DNA of 64,000 nt, from contig CAVTHO010000008.1 in NCBI GenBank assembly GCA_963734545.1, positions 768,001 to 832,000 of the forward strand, read 5' to 3'. Source of the DNA: an uncultured Spirochaetota bacterium. Lineage in GTDB: Bacteria; Spirochaetota; Spirochaetia; SZUA-6; Fen-1364. Positions 9,098 to 17,771 of this stretch are shown here, piece by piece. The notes under the pieces are model-generated. The model worked only from the letters and a program-made list of their open reading frames with translations, searched no databases and was not told where the DNA came from. The stretch's first letter is position 1, and the number at the start of each line of letters is the position of its first letter. A program made the position numbers and the translations under genes.

Positions 9098-9589
9098 ATG
9101 AAGATCGGTGTGCTGTCAGACAGTCACGACAACCTGCCCAATATCCGCAAGGCAGTGGAACTCTTTTCGAAAAACGGCGTGGAGGCGCTGATCCACGGCG
9201 GGGATTTCTGTTCACCGTTCACCCTCGCCGAGTTCAAGCCGCTATTCGACAAGGGCATCAGGATGCACGCCGTATTCGGGAACAATGACGGCGACAGGGT
9301 GCTTCTCGTGCGCAGGGCGGGGGACTTCTGCACGTTCAGCGACGGCACCTGCATCGTGACGCTGGACGGCAGGAAGATCCTGGTTATGCACTATCCCGAG
9401 CTCGGAGAGGATCTCTTCCGGCTGGGAGCTTATGACCTGGTGATTTACGGTCACAATCACCAGGCGAGGGTGGAGGGCGAAGAAAAGAAACTGCTCAATC
9501 CGGGAACCTGCTCGGGCTATCTGGCGAAATCCGCCACCGTCGCGCTCGTGGATACCCGGACCATGGACGTGGAGATCCTGGGGCTATGA
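9098..9589 (+). CDS. YfcE/MJ0936-family metallophosphoesterase
   Basis: SDSHDN, HGGD, GNND, GHNH, NPG motifs. Confidence 0.92.
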   Translation: MKIGVLSDSHDNLPNIRKAVELFSKNGVEALIHGGDFCSPFTLAEFKPLFDKGIRMHAVFGNNDGDRVLLVRRAGDFCTFSDGTCIVTLDGRKILVMHYPELGEDLFRLGAYDLVIYGHNHQARVEGEEKKLLNPGTCSGYLAKSATVALVDTRTMDVEILGL

Positions 9590-9598
9590 AAAAAGCGC

Positions 9599-9668
9599 TT
9601 GACGAACAGGGTACCCGGCCTTATAAAGAAGGAAAAGGGTTCAAGTTGGATTTCCCGGGTGTCGATAA
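9599..9668 (+). promoter_or_regulatory. Tandem sigma70-like and sigma28-like promoters of flgM
   Basis: TTGACG(9599-9604)-17-TATAAA(9622-9627); TCAAG(9641)..GTCGATAA(9661-9668). Confidence 0.65.
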
Positions 9669-9690
9669 GGGTATGTGAAAGGAAGGTCCT

Positions 9691-9975
9691 ATGACCGTTG
9701 AGAGAATAGGCCCGCTCGATCCAGCATCGAACGTCAACAAGACCGAGAAGCCCGCGAAGCTGAAAGCCAAGAGCGATGTCGATTCAATCAACGTCTCCGA
9801 GGAGGCACGCTCCAAGGCGGAGGTATTCAAGGCCCTCGAGGCGGCAAAGACCGCCCCTGACGTCCGCATGGACAGGGTGGAAGAGGTCAAGCGGAAGCTC
9901 CAGGACCCTTCCTATCCGTCGCAGGAAGTCATCGAGAAGGCGGCCGACGAGATACTCAAGTCCTTCGGCATATAG
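9691..9975 (+). CDS. flgM: Flagellar anti-sigma28 factor FlgM
   Basis: DSINVS..A, PDVRMDRVEEVKRKL..Y C-terminal signature; sigma28-like promoter. Confidence 0.85.
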   Translation: MTVERIGPLDPASNVNKTEKPAKLKAKSDVDSINVSEEARSKAEVFKALEAAKTAPDVRMDRVEEVKRKLQDPSYPSQEVIEKAADEILKSFGI

Positions 9976-9987
9976 ACCTGCGCTTCA

Positions 9988-10035
9988 CGGTCGCTCCCTT
10001 CCACCGCGGGTGGAGTTGTGGAGCTGGCGACATTT
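9988..10035. repeat. REP-like palindromic element related to the 12038-12125 repeats
   Basis: Shares ends CGGTCGCTC...GGCGACATTT; internal hairpin TCCACC-GCG-GGTGGA. Confidence 0.65.
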
Positions 10036-10049
10036 CATTTTGGGGTCAG

Positions 10050-10084
10050 GCGGAGGTATCCTTCGGGATTCTCCGCTTTTTTTT
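10050..10084 (+). terminator. Rho-independent terminator after flgM
   Basis: GCGGAG..ATCC-TTCG-GGAT..CTCCGC stem with UUCG loop followed by T8. Confidence 0.85.
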
Positions 10085-10109
10085 ACAGTCGCACGGGGGA
10101 GAGTGAGTT

Positions 10110-11258
10110 ATGCCAGATCTCCTTTTCCACATTCCAACCCGGGTTGTCTTCGGCCTGGATACCATCAACAGGATCGGGCAACTGGTCACGGACTACGGGG
10201 AGAGAGCCTTTCTCGTTACCGAGGCGATCCTCTACGAAGGAAAGGTGATCAACAGGGTCCAGGAGATCCTCGACAAAAAGGGCGTTCCCTACATCGTGTT
10301 CGACGAGGTCGTGCCCAATGCGACCAGCAGGACCGTCGATGACGGGGTGACGCTGGCCCGGGGCTCCCACGCGGACGTGGTGATCGGCCTGGGCGGCGAG
10401 CGCACCCTGTCGATCGCCAAGTCAATCGCCATGACGGCCCCCTCCGAGAGCGACATGGACGATTTCCTTTCCGGCGTCCAGCCCCAGGGCCAGCCGCTCG
10501 CCTACATCGAAGTGCCCACCACGTGCCGGAACCCGTTCATGTTCGGCGACGAGTACCTTGTCGTGGACGGGCGGGATCGGACCGGCAAGATCGGCCGCGC
10601 GCAGAAGGGGATCACCAAAGCGGCGCTCATCGATCCCAAGCTGAGCCTGACCCTGCCGGCCAAATACACGGCAACCACGATCATGGACACCCTGCTCGAC
10701 TGCATCGAAGGGTTCCTTTCCGCAAAGGCCAATTTCCTTTCGGACACGTTTCTCCAGCGGGCCATCGAAACACTGGGAGGGGTGATCAAGGAAGGAATCC
10801 AGAACGTGGACGACATCCGGATGCGGATGAACGCCAGCACGGCGGGACTGCTCATGGGTCTCGGTCTCTCCACGAGCAGGCTCGGTATCGGCTCTGCTCT
10901 CGCATTCGCCATCAACGCGCGTTTCATGTCGCCCAAATCCTGGGTGTCCACCATCTTCCTCCCCTACGTCATGGAGTTCGCACTGAACGTCCGCGGGGAC
11001 CGGATTGCCCAGGTGGCGCGGCTCCTGGGAGAGGATATGAGCGACGCGTCCTCCGTGGAAGCGCCGGTGCGCGCCATCGACGCGGTGCGCAGGGTCATTT
11101 CCTCCCTGGGCCTGCCCACGCGGCTGCGCGAGTTCGACCTTTCCCTTGATGAGATGATCGAGGTGGCGGGGGCCGCGCGCAGCTTCGACATGATGAACTA
11201 CCTGCCCCGCGTGGTTTCCACGGAAGACATCTACGAGCTGATCAAGTCCGCGTTCTGA
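10110..11258 (+). CDS. Iron-containing alcohol dehydrogenase homolog (metal ligands degenerate)
   Basis: PTRVVFG, VVPNAT, DVVIGLGG, VPTT, ALIDPKL, LGLPTRL family motifs; His ligands absent. Confidence 0.85.
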   Translation: MPDLLFHIPTRVVFGLDTINRIGQLVTDYGERAFLVTEAILYEGKVINRVQEILDKKGVPYIVFDEVVPNATSRTVDDGVTLARGSHADVVIGLGGERTLSIAKSIAMTAPSESDMDDFLSGVQPQGQPLAYIEVPTTCRNPFMFGDEYLVVDGRDRTGKIGRAQKGITKAALIDPKLSLTLPAKYTATTIMDTLLDCIEGFLSAKANFLSDTFLQRAIETLGGVIKEGIQNVDDIRMRMNASTAGLLMGLGLSTSRLGIGSALAFAINARFMSPKSWVSTIFLPYVMEFALNVRGDRIAQVARLLGEDMSDASSVEAPVRAIDAVRRVISSLGLPTRLREFDLSLDEMIEVAGAARSFDMMNYLPRVVSTEDIYELIKSAF

Positions 11259-11263
11259 TCCCG

Positions 11264-12082
11264 ATGTTTTCCCTTTCAAAGCTCCGCGAGCTTTCTCCTC
11301 GGACCCGGCTTCGAAAGATCCTCCGTCTACTCGAGGCAATCGAGGCGGACCGCGCCGCGGCCGCACCGGACGCGGCATACATAGACGGACTGCTTTCGCT
11401 TCTGTGCGCGCAGGCCCCTGCCGAGGTTGCCGGGCTTGCCGGCGCGCTCCGGTCCCCGGCGGCACATGCCGACGACCCGGAAGCTCTTCTGCGCGGCCTC
11501 AACGCCCTTCGTCATGCGCTGCTGCGCGCCCTGCACGCGGAGCCGGCAGAATGGGACCTGGTGAGCCGGGAAACCGGGCTTCTGGACAGGACCGGAGTGC
11601 ATGTCCTGCCCTTTTCCGTCTACCTGGAAGAGGTACGGTCTCCCTTCAACGTCGGTTCGATTTTCCGCACCGCGGAGGCGTTCGGCGCGGAGCGTATCCT
11701 TCTCTCCCCGCGCACGCCGCCGCCGACCCACCCGAGGGCGGAGAAGACAGCGCGGGGCGCGGTGGGCGCACTGCCCTGGCAAGTGGTCGAGCTGGAATCC
11801 CTGCGCGGGTTGAAAAACGTCTTTGCCCTCGAGCTGGGAGGGACCCCGTTGGAGCGGTTCCGCTTCCCGTCCAGCGGGATTGTGCTGGTGGGATCCGAAG
11901 AGCTGGGTCTGAGCCCCGAAGCGCTCGCGATTGCCGATGCAGGCGCGGGCAGGGTGACCATCCCGCTTGCCGGAGCCAAACGGTCCCTGAACGTTTCCGT
12001 GGCCTTCGGGATCCTCATGCAGGCATGGCGCGACAGTGCGGTCGCTCAACTCCGCGGTGTACCGCGGAAGGGCGACATTTAG
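11264..12082 (+). CDS. TrmH/SpoU family RNA methyltransferase
   Basis: RSPFNVGSIFRTAE, VGSEELG, SLNVSVAFGI. Confidence 0.92.
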   Translation: MFSLSKLRELSPRTRLRKILRLLEAIEADRAAAAPDAAYIDGLLSLLCAQAPAEVAGLAGALRSPAAHADDPEALLRGLNALRHALLRALHAEPAEWDLVSRETGLLDRTGVHVLPFSVYLEEVRSPFNVGSIFRTAEAFGAERILLSPRTPPPTHPRAEKTARGAVGALPWQVVELESLRGLKNVFALELGGTPLERFRFPSSGIVLVGSEELGLSPEALAIADAGAGRVTIPLAGAKRSLNVSVAFGILMQAWRDSAVAQLRGVPRKGDI

Positions 12083-12125
12083 GCGGTCGCTCAACTCCGC
12101 GGTGTACCGCGGAAGGGCGACATTT
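12038..12125. repeat. Two identical 43-bp hairpin-forming direct repeats (period 45)
   Basis: GCGGTCGCTCAACTCCGCGGTGTACCGCGGAAGGGCGACATTT at 12038-12080 and 12083-12125. Confidence 0.92.
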
Positions 12126-12130
12126 CTGCG

Positions 12131-12469
12131 TCACGCGGGGCTCGTTGATTCGCTGTCCTCTCGGAAGCGTACGCCGCGCCAGGGCTGAAAAGAGAAAAAC
12201 CATCTTTCCTTGTATTGCCAGACCCTCACGCGGCGTCCCTCGGTCATGCGTGCCAGGATGGGCTCCATTGTGTCCATGAGCGAGGGGTGCGCAGTTGCAC
12301 CCGATCCCAGAAGAATAGACCGCGGAAGAAGCGCCGCCAGCTCACGATCAGGCATGTGCGCCTCCATGGTCTCCCCGGAATCCGTTCTGACGACCACCAC
12401 GACCTTCAGCCGCTCCGTCTGAAGCTCCGGGCGGACACTGAGCACGACCCCCCTGGTTCCCTTCTTCAT
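12131..12469 (-). CDS. Hypothetical protein
   Basis: 112-aa ORF with GGAGG RBS, natural composition, co-oriented with glutaredoxin. Confidence 0.7.
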   Translation of the reverse strand: MKKGTRGVVLSVRPELQTERLKVVVVVRTDSGETMEAHMPDRELAALLPRSILLGSGATAHPSLMDTMEPILARMTEGRRVRVWQYKERWFFSFQPWRGVRFREDSESTSPA

Positions 12470-12506
12470 GACAGGCCTCCCCCATCACTAGAAGGGCCAA
12501 AGGATC

Positions 12507-12737
12507 CTACCGCTTCAGCGCTCTCTCGATCTCGGGCTTGTTGAAGCCGATAATGATCTTCCCGTGCACGTCGATCACGGGAACGCCCATCTGGCCGGAT
12601 TTCCGCACCATCTCGTCTGCCTTGCGCGGGTCAGAGGCCACGTTGTATTCCGTGAACGAAACGTGCGCGGTGCGGAAGAACTCCTTGGCGACCTTGCAGT
12701 ATCCGCAGCTCGGTGTCGTGTAGATTGTGACGGCCAT
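12507..12737 (-). CDS. Glutaredoxin-like protein (NrdH/YruB type)
   Basis: IYTTPSCGYC, SGQMGVPVI, IIGFN; GGAG RBS; upstream TTGACA-17-TACTTT. Confidence 0.92.
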   Translation of the reverse strand: MAVTIYTTPSCGYCKVAKEFFRTAHVSFTEYNVASDPRKADEMVRKSGQMGVPVIDVHGKIIIGFNKPEIERALKR

Positions 12738-12874
12738 TGCATTCTCCATTTGCAACAGTGATATCAGTTACATATTGAAAGTAATATATAGGCGATCTGT
12801 TGTCAAGTGGAGGGGGTTCCTCCCGCGCCTGGCGGCGATTCAGCGGATCGGACCCGCCCCACCCGGGCAAGAGC

Positions 12875-14365
12875 CTACTGGAACTTCGAGCGCTGGTCCT
12901 CGAAGAGCTTCGCGAGCTTCTCCTGTATCTTGTTCAGCTGATCTTCGGTCTCGATACCGAAGTCCCTCAGCACGGGAACCTGCAGATGCTCGAACCCGAT
13001 CCGCTCCCTCTCGAGGTCCAGGATGGCGTTGGCAAGGTACACGCAGTACACGATATCGCGATACGCGGCAGGGGCCTGTGTCGGCTCATGATGGTAGCGG
13101 ATGGCGGTGATGAGCTGCTCGGGGAAATTCCACTTCTTCGCAATCAGCGCGCCCACCTCGGCGTGATTGAGACCGACGGAGAAGTTCTCCAGCATCTGCG
13201 CGGGTATCCCCTTCTCCTTGCACACGCGCGTGATTCTCTCCAGCAGGTCGGGATGCAGGGAGGCAATCACGATCTGGCCGAGATCGTGGAGGATGCCGCC
13301 GACGTACACGTCGTCCAGCAGCTCCTTCTTCCGCTTGAAGCTCCGGGCAATGTAGTAGGCGTAGAATGCGCAGCGGTACGAATGCTGCCAGAGGTTGCGC
13401 ATCTCGCTGTACTTCTCTCCCAGGACCTTCTGCGTGCCGTAGGAGTACAGCAGGTTGCGCACGCCCTTTGTGCCCACGAGCTTGACCGCCTCCACGATGT
13501 TGTCCACGCGCTTGGGCAGCATGAACTGGGCCGAGTTGACGAGCTTCAGAAGGTCGGCGGTCATGGAGGGATCCACGCTGATCTCGCGCGCAATGTCCGT
13601 GATCTCCGCGTTGGGATCCGCCGTGAGCCTCTGGAGGTTCAGGATGTTGTCCGGGAACTGCGGGAGGGTCTCGATTTCCCTGACGAGTGTGTGCGTGAGC
13701 GTCTCGAGCTGTTCCATGTGCACTTCGGAGAACGGTATGGTGAGAGTGGCCACCGTTTCGCCGTCCTCGCTGTCGATGGAGAAGCATTCCTCCGTGAGCC
13801 CTATCTTTTTCATCATCAGCACGAGGATCACGATGCCGAGGCCCGCGCCCTCAGAGCTGTCGAGCACGGTGGAGAAAGCTTCTTCCAGCGAAGCGAAGGC
13901 CCGCGAACGCGCAAGCCGGTCGAAGACCCTGATCTGTTCCTTTTTCGTTATCTCGACGTTGTTGCGCACACCGATGCTGAGGGATGTGCCCTTGGTCTGA
14001 AATATCACCTTGATATACATCCCCAGCTCTTTTTGTTTCTGCAGGTAAAACGCGATATTGTCGAACGTCTCCTGCTTGAAATTCTTCATGCCGGATTCGT
14101 AATCCTGGTCGTTATGGAGATCGAGTCCCTTTTCCATGAAATACACACGCTTTGTGTTCGCCTTCTTGGCGTTTACCGCGAGCTCACGGAGGCAGTATGA
14201 AAGCGGCTCCTTGAGCTTCTCCTGGCCGAACTCGGCCAGAAAGCTTTCGAGGACCTTGTCCAGATAGATCTCGGTTTCATGGGGAAGCGTATAAGTCTTG
14301 AATGTCAGGGGGATGGCGTTGTGGGCTGCTCTTTTTATCTGGGCAATATCAATTTCCGTGGACAT
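12875..14365 (-). CDS. HDOD-domain protein with an N-terminal HATPase-like region
   Basis: LPQFP, DPSMTADLLKLVNSA, LWQHS, GGILHDLG, HAEVGALIAKKWNFP; N-terminal RELAVNA and GAGLGI. Confidence 0.88.
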   Translation of the reverse strand: MSTEIDIAQIKRAAHNAIPLTFKTYTLPHETEIYLDKVLESFLAEFGQEKLKEPLSYCLRELAVNAKKANTKRVYFMEKGLDLHNDQDYESGMKNFKQETFDNIAFYLQKQKELGMYIKVIFQTKGTSLSIGVRNNVEITKKEQIRVFDRLARSRAFASLEEAFSTVLDSSEGAGLGIVILVLMMKKIGLTEECFSIDSEDGETVATLTIPFSEVHMEQLETLTHTLVREIETLPQFPDNILNLQRLTADPNAEITDIAREISVDPSMTADLLKLVNSAQFMLPKRVDNIVEAVKLVGTKGVRNLLYSYGTQKVLGEKYSEMRNLWQHSYRCAFYAYYIARSFKRKKELLDDVYVGGILHDLGQIVIASLHPDLLERITRVCKEKGIPAQMLENFSVGLNHAEVGALIAKKWNFPEQLITAIRYHHEPTQAPAAYRDIVYCVYLANAILDLERERIGFEHLQVPVLRDFGIETEDQLNKIQEKLAKLFEDQRSKFQ

Positions 14366-14398
14366 GTAGCCCCCGTGTCGTTTTTCGTTGTCTCAGAA

Positions 14399-14427
14399 AT
14401 GGTAGCGGATCGACAGTACGCTGTCAA
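14399..14427 (-). promoter_or_regulatory. sigma70-like promoter of the HDOD gene
   Basis: TTGACA-17-TACCAT on the minus strand. Confidence 0.65.
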
Positions 14428-14506
14428 GGACGCCTGTCATTCGCTGCGCCGGGATTGTCGAAACGGGTGAAGGGCATATACTCTTGAGGAAGGAATACAG
14501 ATTGCT

Positions 14507-17107
14507 ATGAAAAAAACAAAGGTGGCGCCCGGCATCTTCTGGGTCGAAATACCGGAAGCGGATCTCCGCATCGTTTGTGGATGCCCCGCCGACACGGTCA
14601 AACACCTCGCCAAGCATGGCATGATCGTTTCCACGACCCGGGGCGGGTTCACATTCGAGACAGGACCGAATGCCATCCTCCTCTCCGACACCCCGATTCA
14701 AAAGGGAAGCTTCGCCAGTCTCTCGGAGTTCCCCCTCCTGCAGATGTTCTACAAGCAGGGAATGCTGATCCCCGGCCACCCGAGCAATACCGGCCGCCGG
14801 CCGCTTCTCATCGGGCTGGGCGACCAGGTGCGCGCGCAGGCGGACTACTTTTTCCGCGGCAACTATGGCCTCCGCTCCGAGGAGGAAATAATGGCGTGCG
14901 GGGTCCCCGCCGCGGCCGCACGGGAGATGTTCCGAGTGAAGAAGTGGTTCGCATTCGGCGCCATCCGTGCCACCGCGGAGCTCGTGGAGACCCGGGCGCT
15001 GGACTCGGAAGCGGTGGAGCTCGCTCCGGGGGTTGTTCTGCACCGAAAGGGATTCAATCGCTACGAGTTCCTTTCGGAAGGCCAATCGATCCAGGTGGAT
15101 CTCACGCTCGGCCCCGGGGAGCAGTTCGAGCCATCCTACAAGCTGCCGGCCCGCGGGATCAGGCGTGAGCACTTTTCCGTCACTCATGTGGGCGAGGGGG
15201 ACGGCTGGGACCCTGCCCGCCCCTGCATGGGAAGCATTGTGTGCCACAAGGGACTCCTGTATCTGGTGGATGCAGGCCCTCACATCACCTTTTCGCTGGA
15301 TGCGCTGGGCATCGGCGCAGGGGACATCGAGGGCATCTTCCACTCCCACGCGCACGACGACCATTTCGCCGGCCTGACATCTCTGGTGCGCTCGGAACGG
15401 AGGATGAAATACTTCGCGGCACCGTACGTGCGCGCCACGGCGCAGAAGAAGCTGGGCGCGCTCATGCGATTCGACGAGGAGCGTTTCTCGCGATTCTTCG
15501 AGGTGCACGACCTCGTTCCCGGTGAATGGAACTCCGTCGAAGGGATGGAGGTGAGGCCGCTGTATTCCCCGCATCCCGTGGAGACCACCGTGTTCTTTTT
15601 CCGCGCCCGCGCCGGGGCGGAGGTGCGCACATACGGGCACCTGGCGGATATCCCTTCCTTCGACGTCCTGGGCAAGCTGGCCGAGGGCCGTGATGGGACA
15701 GGCGCGCTCACCGAAGCCGGCCGGGCGGCCTTCGCGCGGGAAGCTCTCACCACGGTCGATCTCAAGAAGATCGACGTGGGCGGCGGGCTCATCCACGGCA
15801 ACGCAATCGACTTCGCCTCCGATGCCTCAGACAGGGTCCTCCTCAGCCATGGCATCGCGTCGATCCCCGACTCGCTGAAGGGGGTCGCAACGACGGCCTC
15901 GTTCGGTGACACGGATGTGCTGCTCCCCGGGGGAGCCGGCGGCTACCTCCTCGACATCGCCCGCACCTCACTCGCCGCGTGCATTCCCGGCCTGACGGCC
16001 GAGGAGATCGAGCCGATTGCGCGCGGGCCCATTGCGGAGATCGCGCCCGGCGCGCGCGTGGGCGGGAAGCAAGCCGGAGAGGCCGTGGTCAATCTCATCC
16101 TCAGCGGCACGGTGGAGGAGACGGACGCCTCTTCGGGCGAGAGCCGCCGGATCTCCTCCGGGGCGCTCGTGGGCGTATCGCCCGCGCGGCCGGGAAAGCT
16201 CGCCGCACACACCACTTGCCGCGCCGTGAGCGCGGTGACCGTGCTCGGCATCCCGGCCCGGACGTACCGCAAGCTTGTCGGGCGCACGGGAGTCGCCGAG
16301 GCGCTCCGGCGCTCAGCGTCGATACGCGGCCTGCTGTCACTCTGCCCCTTGTTCAAGGGGATCCGTTCCGAGTCGGTGCTGAACGGAATTGCGGCCGTCA
16401 TGCAGGAGCGGCGCCTGCTCCCGGATCGCGGTCCTGAACCGCCGGAAAAGCCCGAGCTGTACGTCCTGGCCGACGGGGAGATAGATCTCATGGTGGGCGC
16501 GCGGCTTGTCGAGACGATCGGACCCGGAGGATTCTGGGGAGAGGAGCGGATCGTCAGCGCCTCCCCCGTCATCTGCGAGCCGCGCGGCGCGGGCACCTGC
16601 ACCTATTTCGCGGTCCCTGCCGAGGTTCTCTTCTCGATCCCCATGGTGCAGTGGGAGCTGCAGGAGACATTCGAGCGGCGCCTCAGAAGCTTCCGGGCGG
16701 AGTTCCGGTTCGAGTGGTCCGACGCCTTCCGCGTGGGGGTGCAGGAGCTCGATGACCAGCACCGCCGGCTCTTCAGCCTCGTCAATGGCCTGTCAGAGAT
16801 CATCGGCGAGACAGGGAAGATCGAAGGCCACGACGAGAAGAAGAAGGAGCTGCTCGCGTTTGCGCGCGTGCATTTCGCCAGTGAGGAAGCCCTGATGGAG
16901 GCCCACGACTACCATCGGCTGGACGTGCAGCGCAGGGAACACGGAGACCTGCTCGCGCGGCTGGAGCGGTTTGCCGGGGAAGGCGAGCGGCGCAGGCGGC
17001 CTCGAGCCCAGACAGCCGTGGATTACCTGAAAGACTGGCTCATCCGGCACGTCCTCCTCGAGGACCTCAGGTACCGGGACTATTTCAAACAGAAGGGACT
17101 TCGCTGA
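14507..17107 (+). CDS. Multidomain metallo-beta-lactamase-fold + cNMP-binding-like + bacteriohemerythrin protein
   Basis: HSHAHDDH and HPVE; LYVLADGEI..GPGGFWGEE; LDDQH, HFASEE, WLIRHVLLED. Confidence 0.85.
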   Translation: MKKTKVAPGIFWVEIPEADLRIVCGCPADTVKHLAKHGMIVSTTRGGFTFETGPNAILLSDTPIQKGSFASLSEFPLLQMFYKQGMLIPGHPSNTGRRPLLIGLGDQVRAQADYFFRGNYGLRSEEEIMACGVPAAAAREMFRVKKWFAFGAIRATAELVETRALDSEAVELAPGVVLHRKGFNRYEFLSEGQSIQVDLTLGPGEQFEPSYKLPARGIRREHFSVTHVGEGDGWDPARPCMGSIVCHKGLLYLVDAGPHITFSLDALGIGAGDIEGIFHSHAHDDHFAGLTSLVRSERRMKYFAAPYVRATAQKKLGALMRFDEERFSRFFEVHDLVPGEWNSVEGMEVRPLYSPHPVETTVFFFRARAGAEVRTYGHLADIPSFDVLGKLAEGRDGTGALTEAGRAAFAREALTTVDLKKIDVGGGLIHGNAIDFASDASDRVLLSHGIASIPDSLKGVATTASFGDTDVLLPGGAGGYLLDIARTSLAACIPGLTAEEIEPIARGPIAEIAPGARVGGKQAGEAVVNLILSGTVEETDASSGESRRISSGALVGVSPARPGKLAAHTTCRAVSAVTVLGIPARTYRKLVGRTGVAEALRRSASIRGLLSLCPLFKGIRSESVLNGIAAVMQERRLLPDRGPEPPEKPELYVLADGEIDLMVGARLVETIGPGGFWGEERIVSASPVICEPRGAGTCTYFAVPAEVLFSIPMVQWELQETFERRLRSFRAEFRFEWSDAFRVGVQELDDQHRRLFSLVNGLSEIIGETGKIEGHDEKKKELLAFARVHFASEEALMEAHDYHRLDVQRREHGDLLARLERFAGEGERRRRPRAQTAVDYLKDWLIRHVLLEDLRYRDYFKQKGLR

Positions 17108-17771
17108 GGAATTCCAGGACGCCCGTCATGAGGGCGTTGACCCGGTCGAATCTCTCCGCTGAGGCGAGAATCTCCTTCTCCGTCTGGATGAAGCGCCCCG
17201 GAACGAGCTCGCTTCCGCAGGCGGCGATCATTGCGCGCGCGGCCGGCGCAGTTGTTTCAAGGTGAAACTGAAGACCGACGACCCGGTCGCCGATCGCGAA
17301 CGCCTGGTTCTCGCATGCCGCGCTCCTGGCAAACCCGCGCGCCCCCGGGGGGAGGTCGAATGTCTCCCCATGCCAGTGAAAGACATCGGCGCGAGCGGGG
17401 AGCGGGAGCTCGCCCGTTCCGGTCCGTTCGATGGGAAACCATCCGATTTCGGGCTGGGGATTGGGGTACACCCTCGCTCCCAGGGCGCACGCGATCAGCT
17501 GGGCGCCGAGACAGATCCCCAGCACGACCTTTCCCCGCGCCACGGCTTCCGCTATGAATCTTTTCTCGGCAGCGAGCCACGGGCAGGACGTCTCGTCATT
17601 GACGCTCATCGGGCCGCCCAGGACGATGAGCCAGTCCAGATCGGTCGTCAGGGGCAGCCGGGCATCCTCGAAGAACCTGGTCGATGCCACCCGGGCGGAC
17701 CTGGATTTCAGCCAGCCGGCGATGCTGCCGAGGCCCTCAAAGGGAACGTGCTGCAAATAGTGAACTCTCAT
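17085..17771 (-). CDS. Type 1 glutamine amidotransferase (GMP synthase-like domain)
   Basis: LQHVPFEGLG, GGPMS, LGICLGAQL, WHGE, LQFHLE; TAATG coupling with recQ. Confidence 0.9.
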   Translation of the reverse strand: MRVHYLQHVPFEGLGSIAGWLKSRSARVASTRFFEDARLPLTTDLDWLIVLGGPMSVNDETSCPWLAAEKRFIAEAVARGKVVLGICLGAQLIACALGARVYPNPQPEIGWFPIERTGTGELPLPARADVFHWHGETFDLPPGARGFARSAACENQAFAIGDRVVGLQFHLETTAPAARAMIAACGSELVPGRFIQTEKEILASAERFDRVNALMTGVLEFLSEVPSV

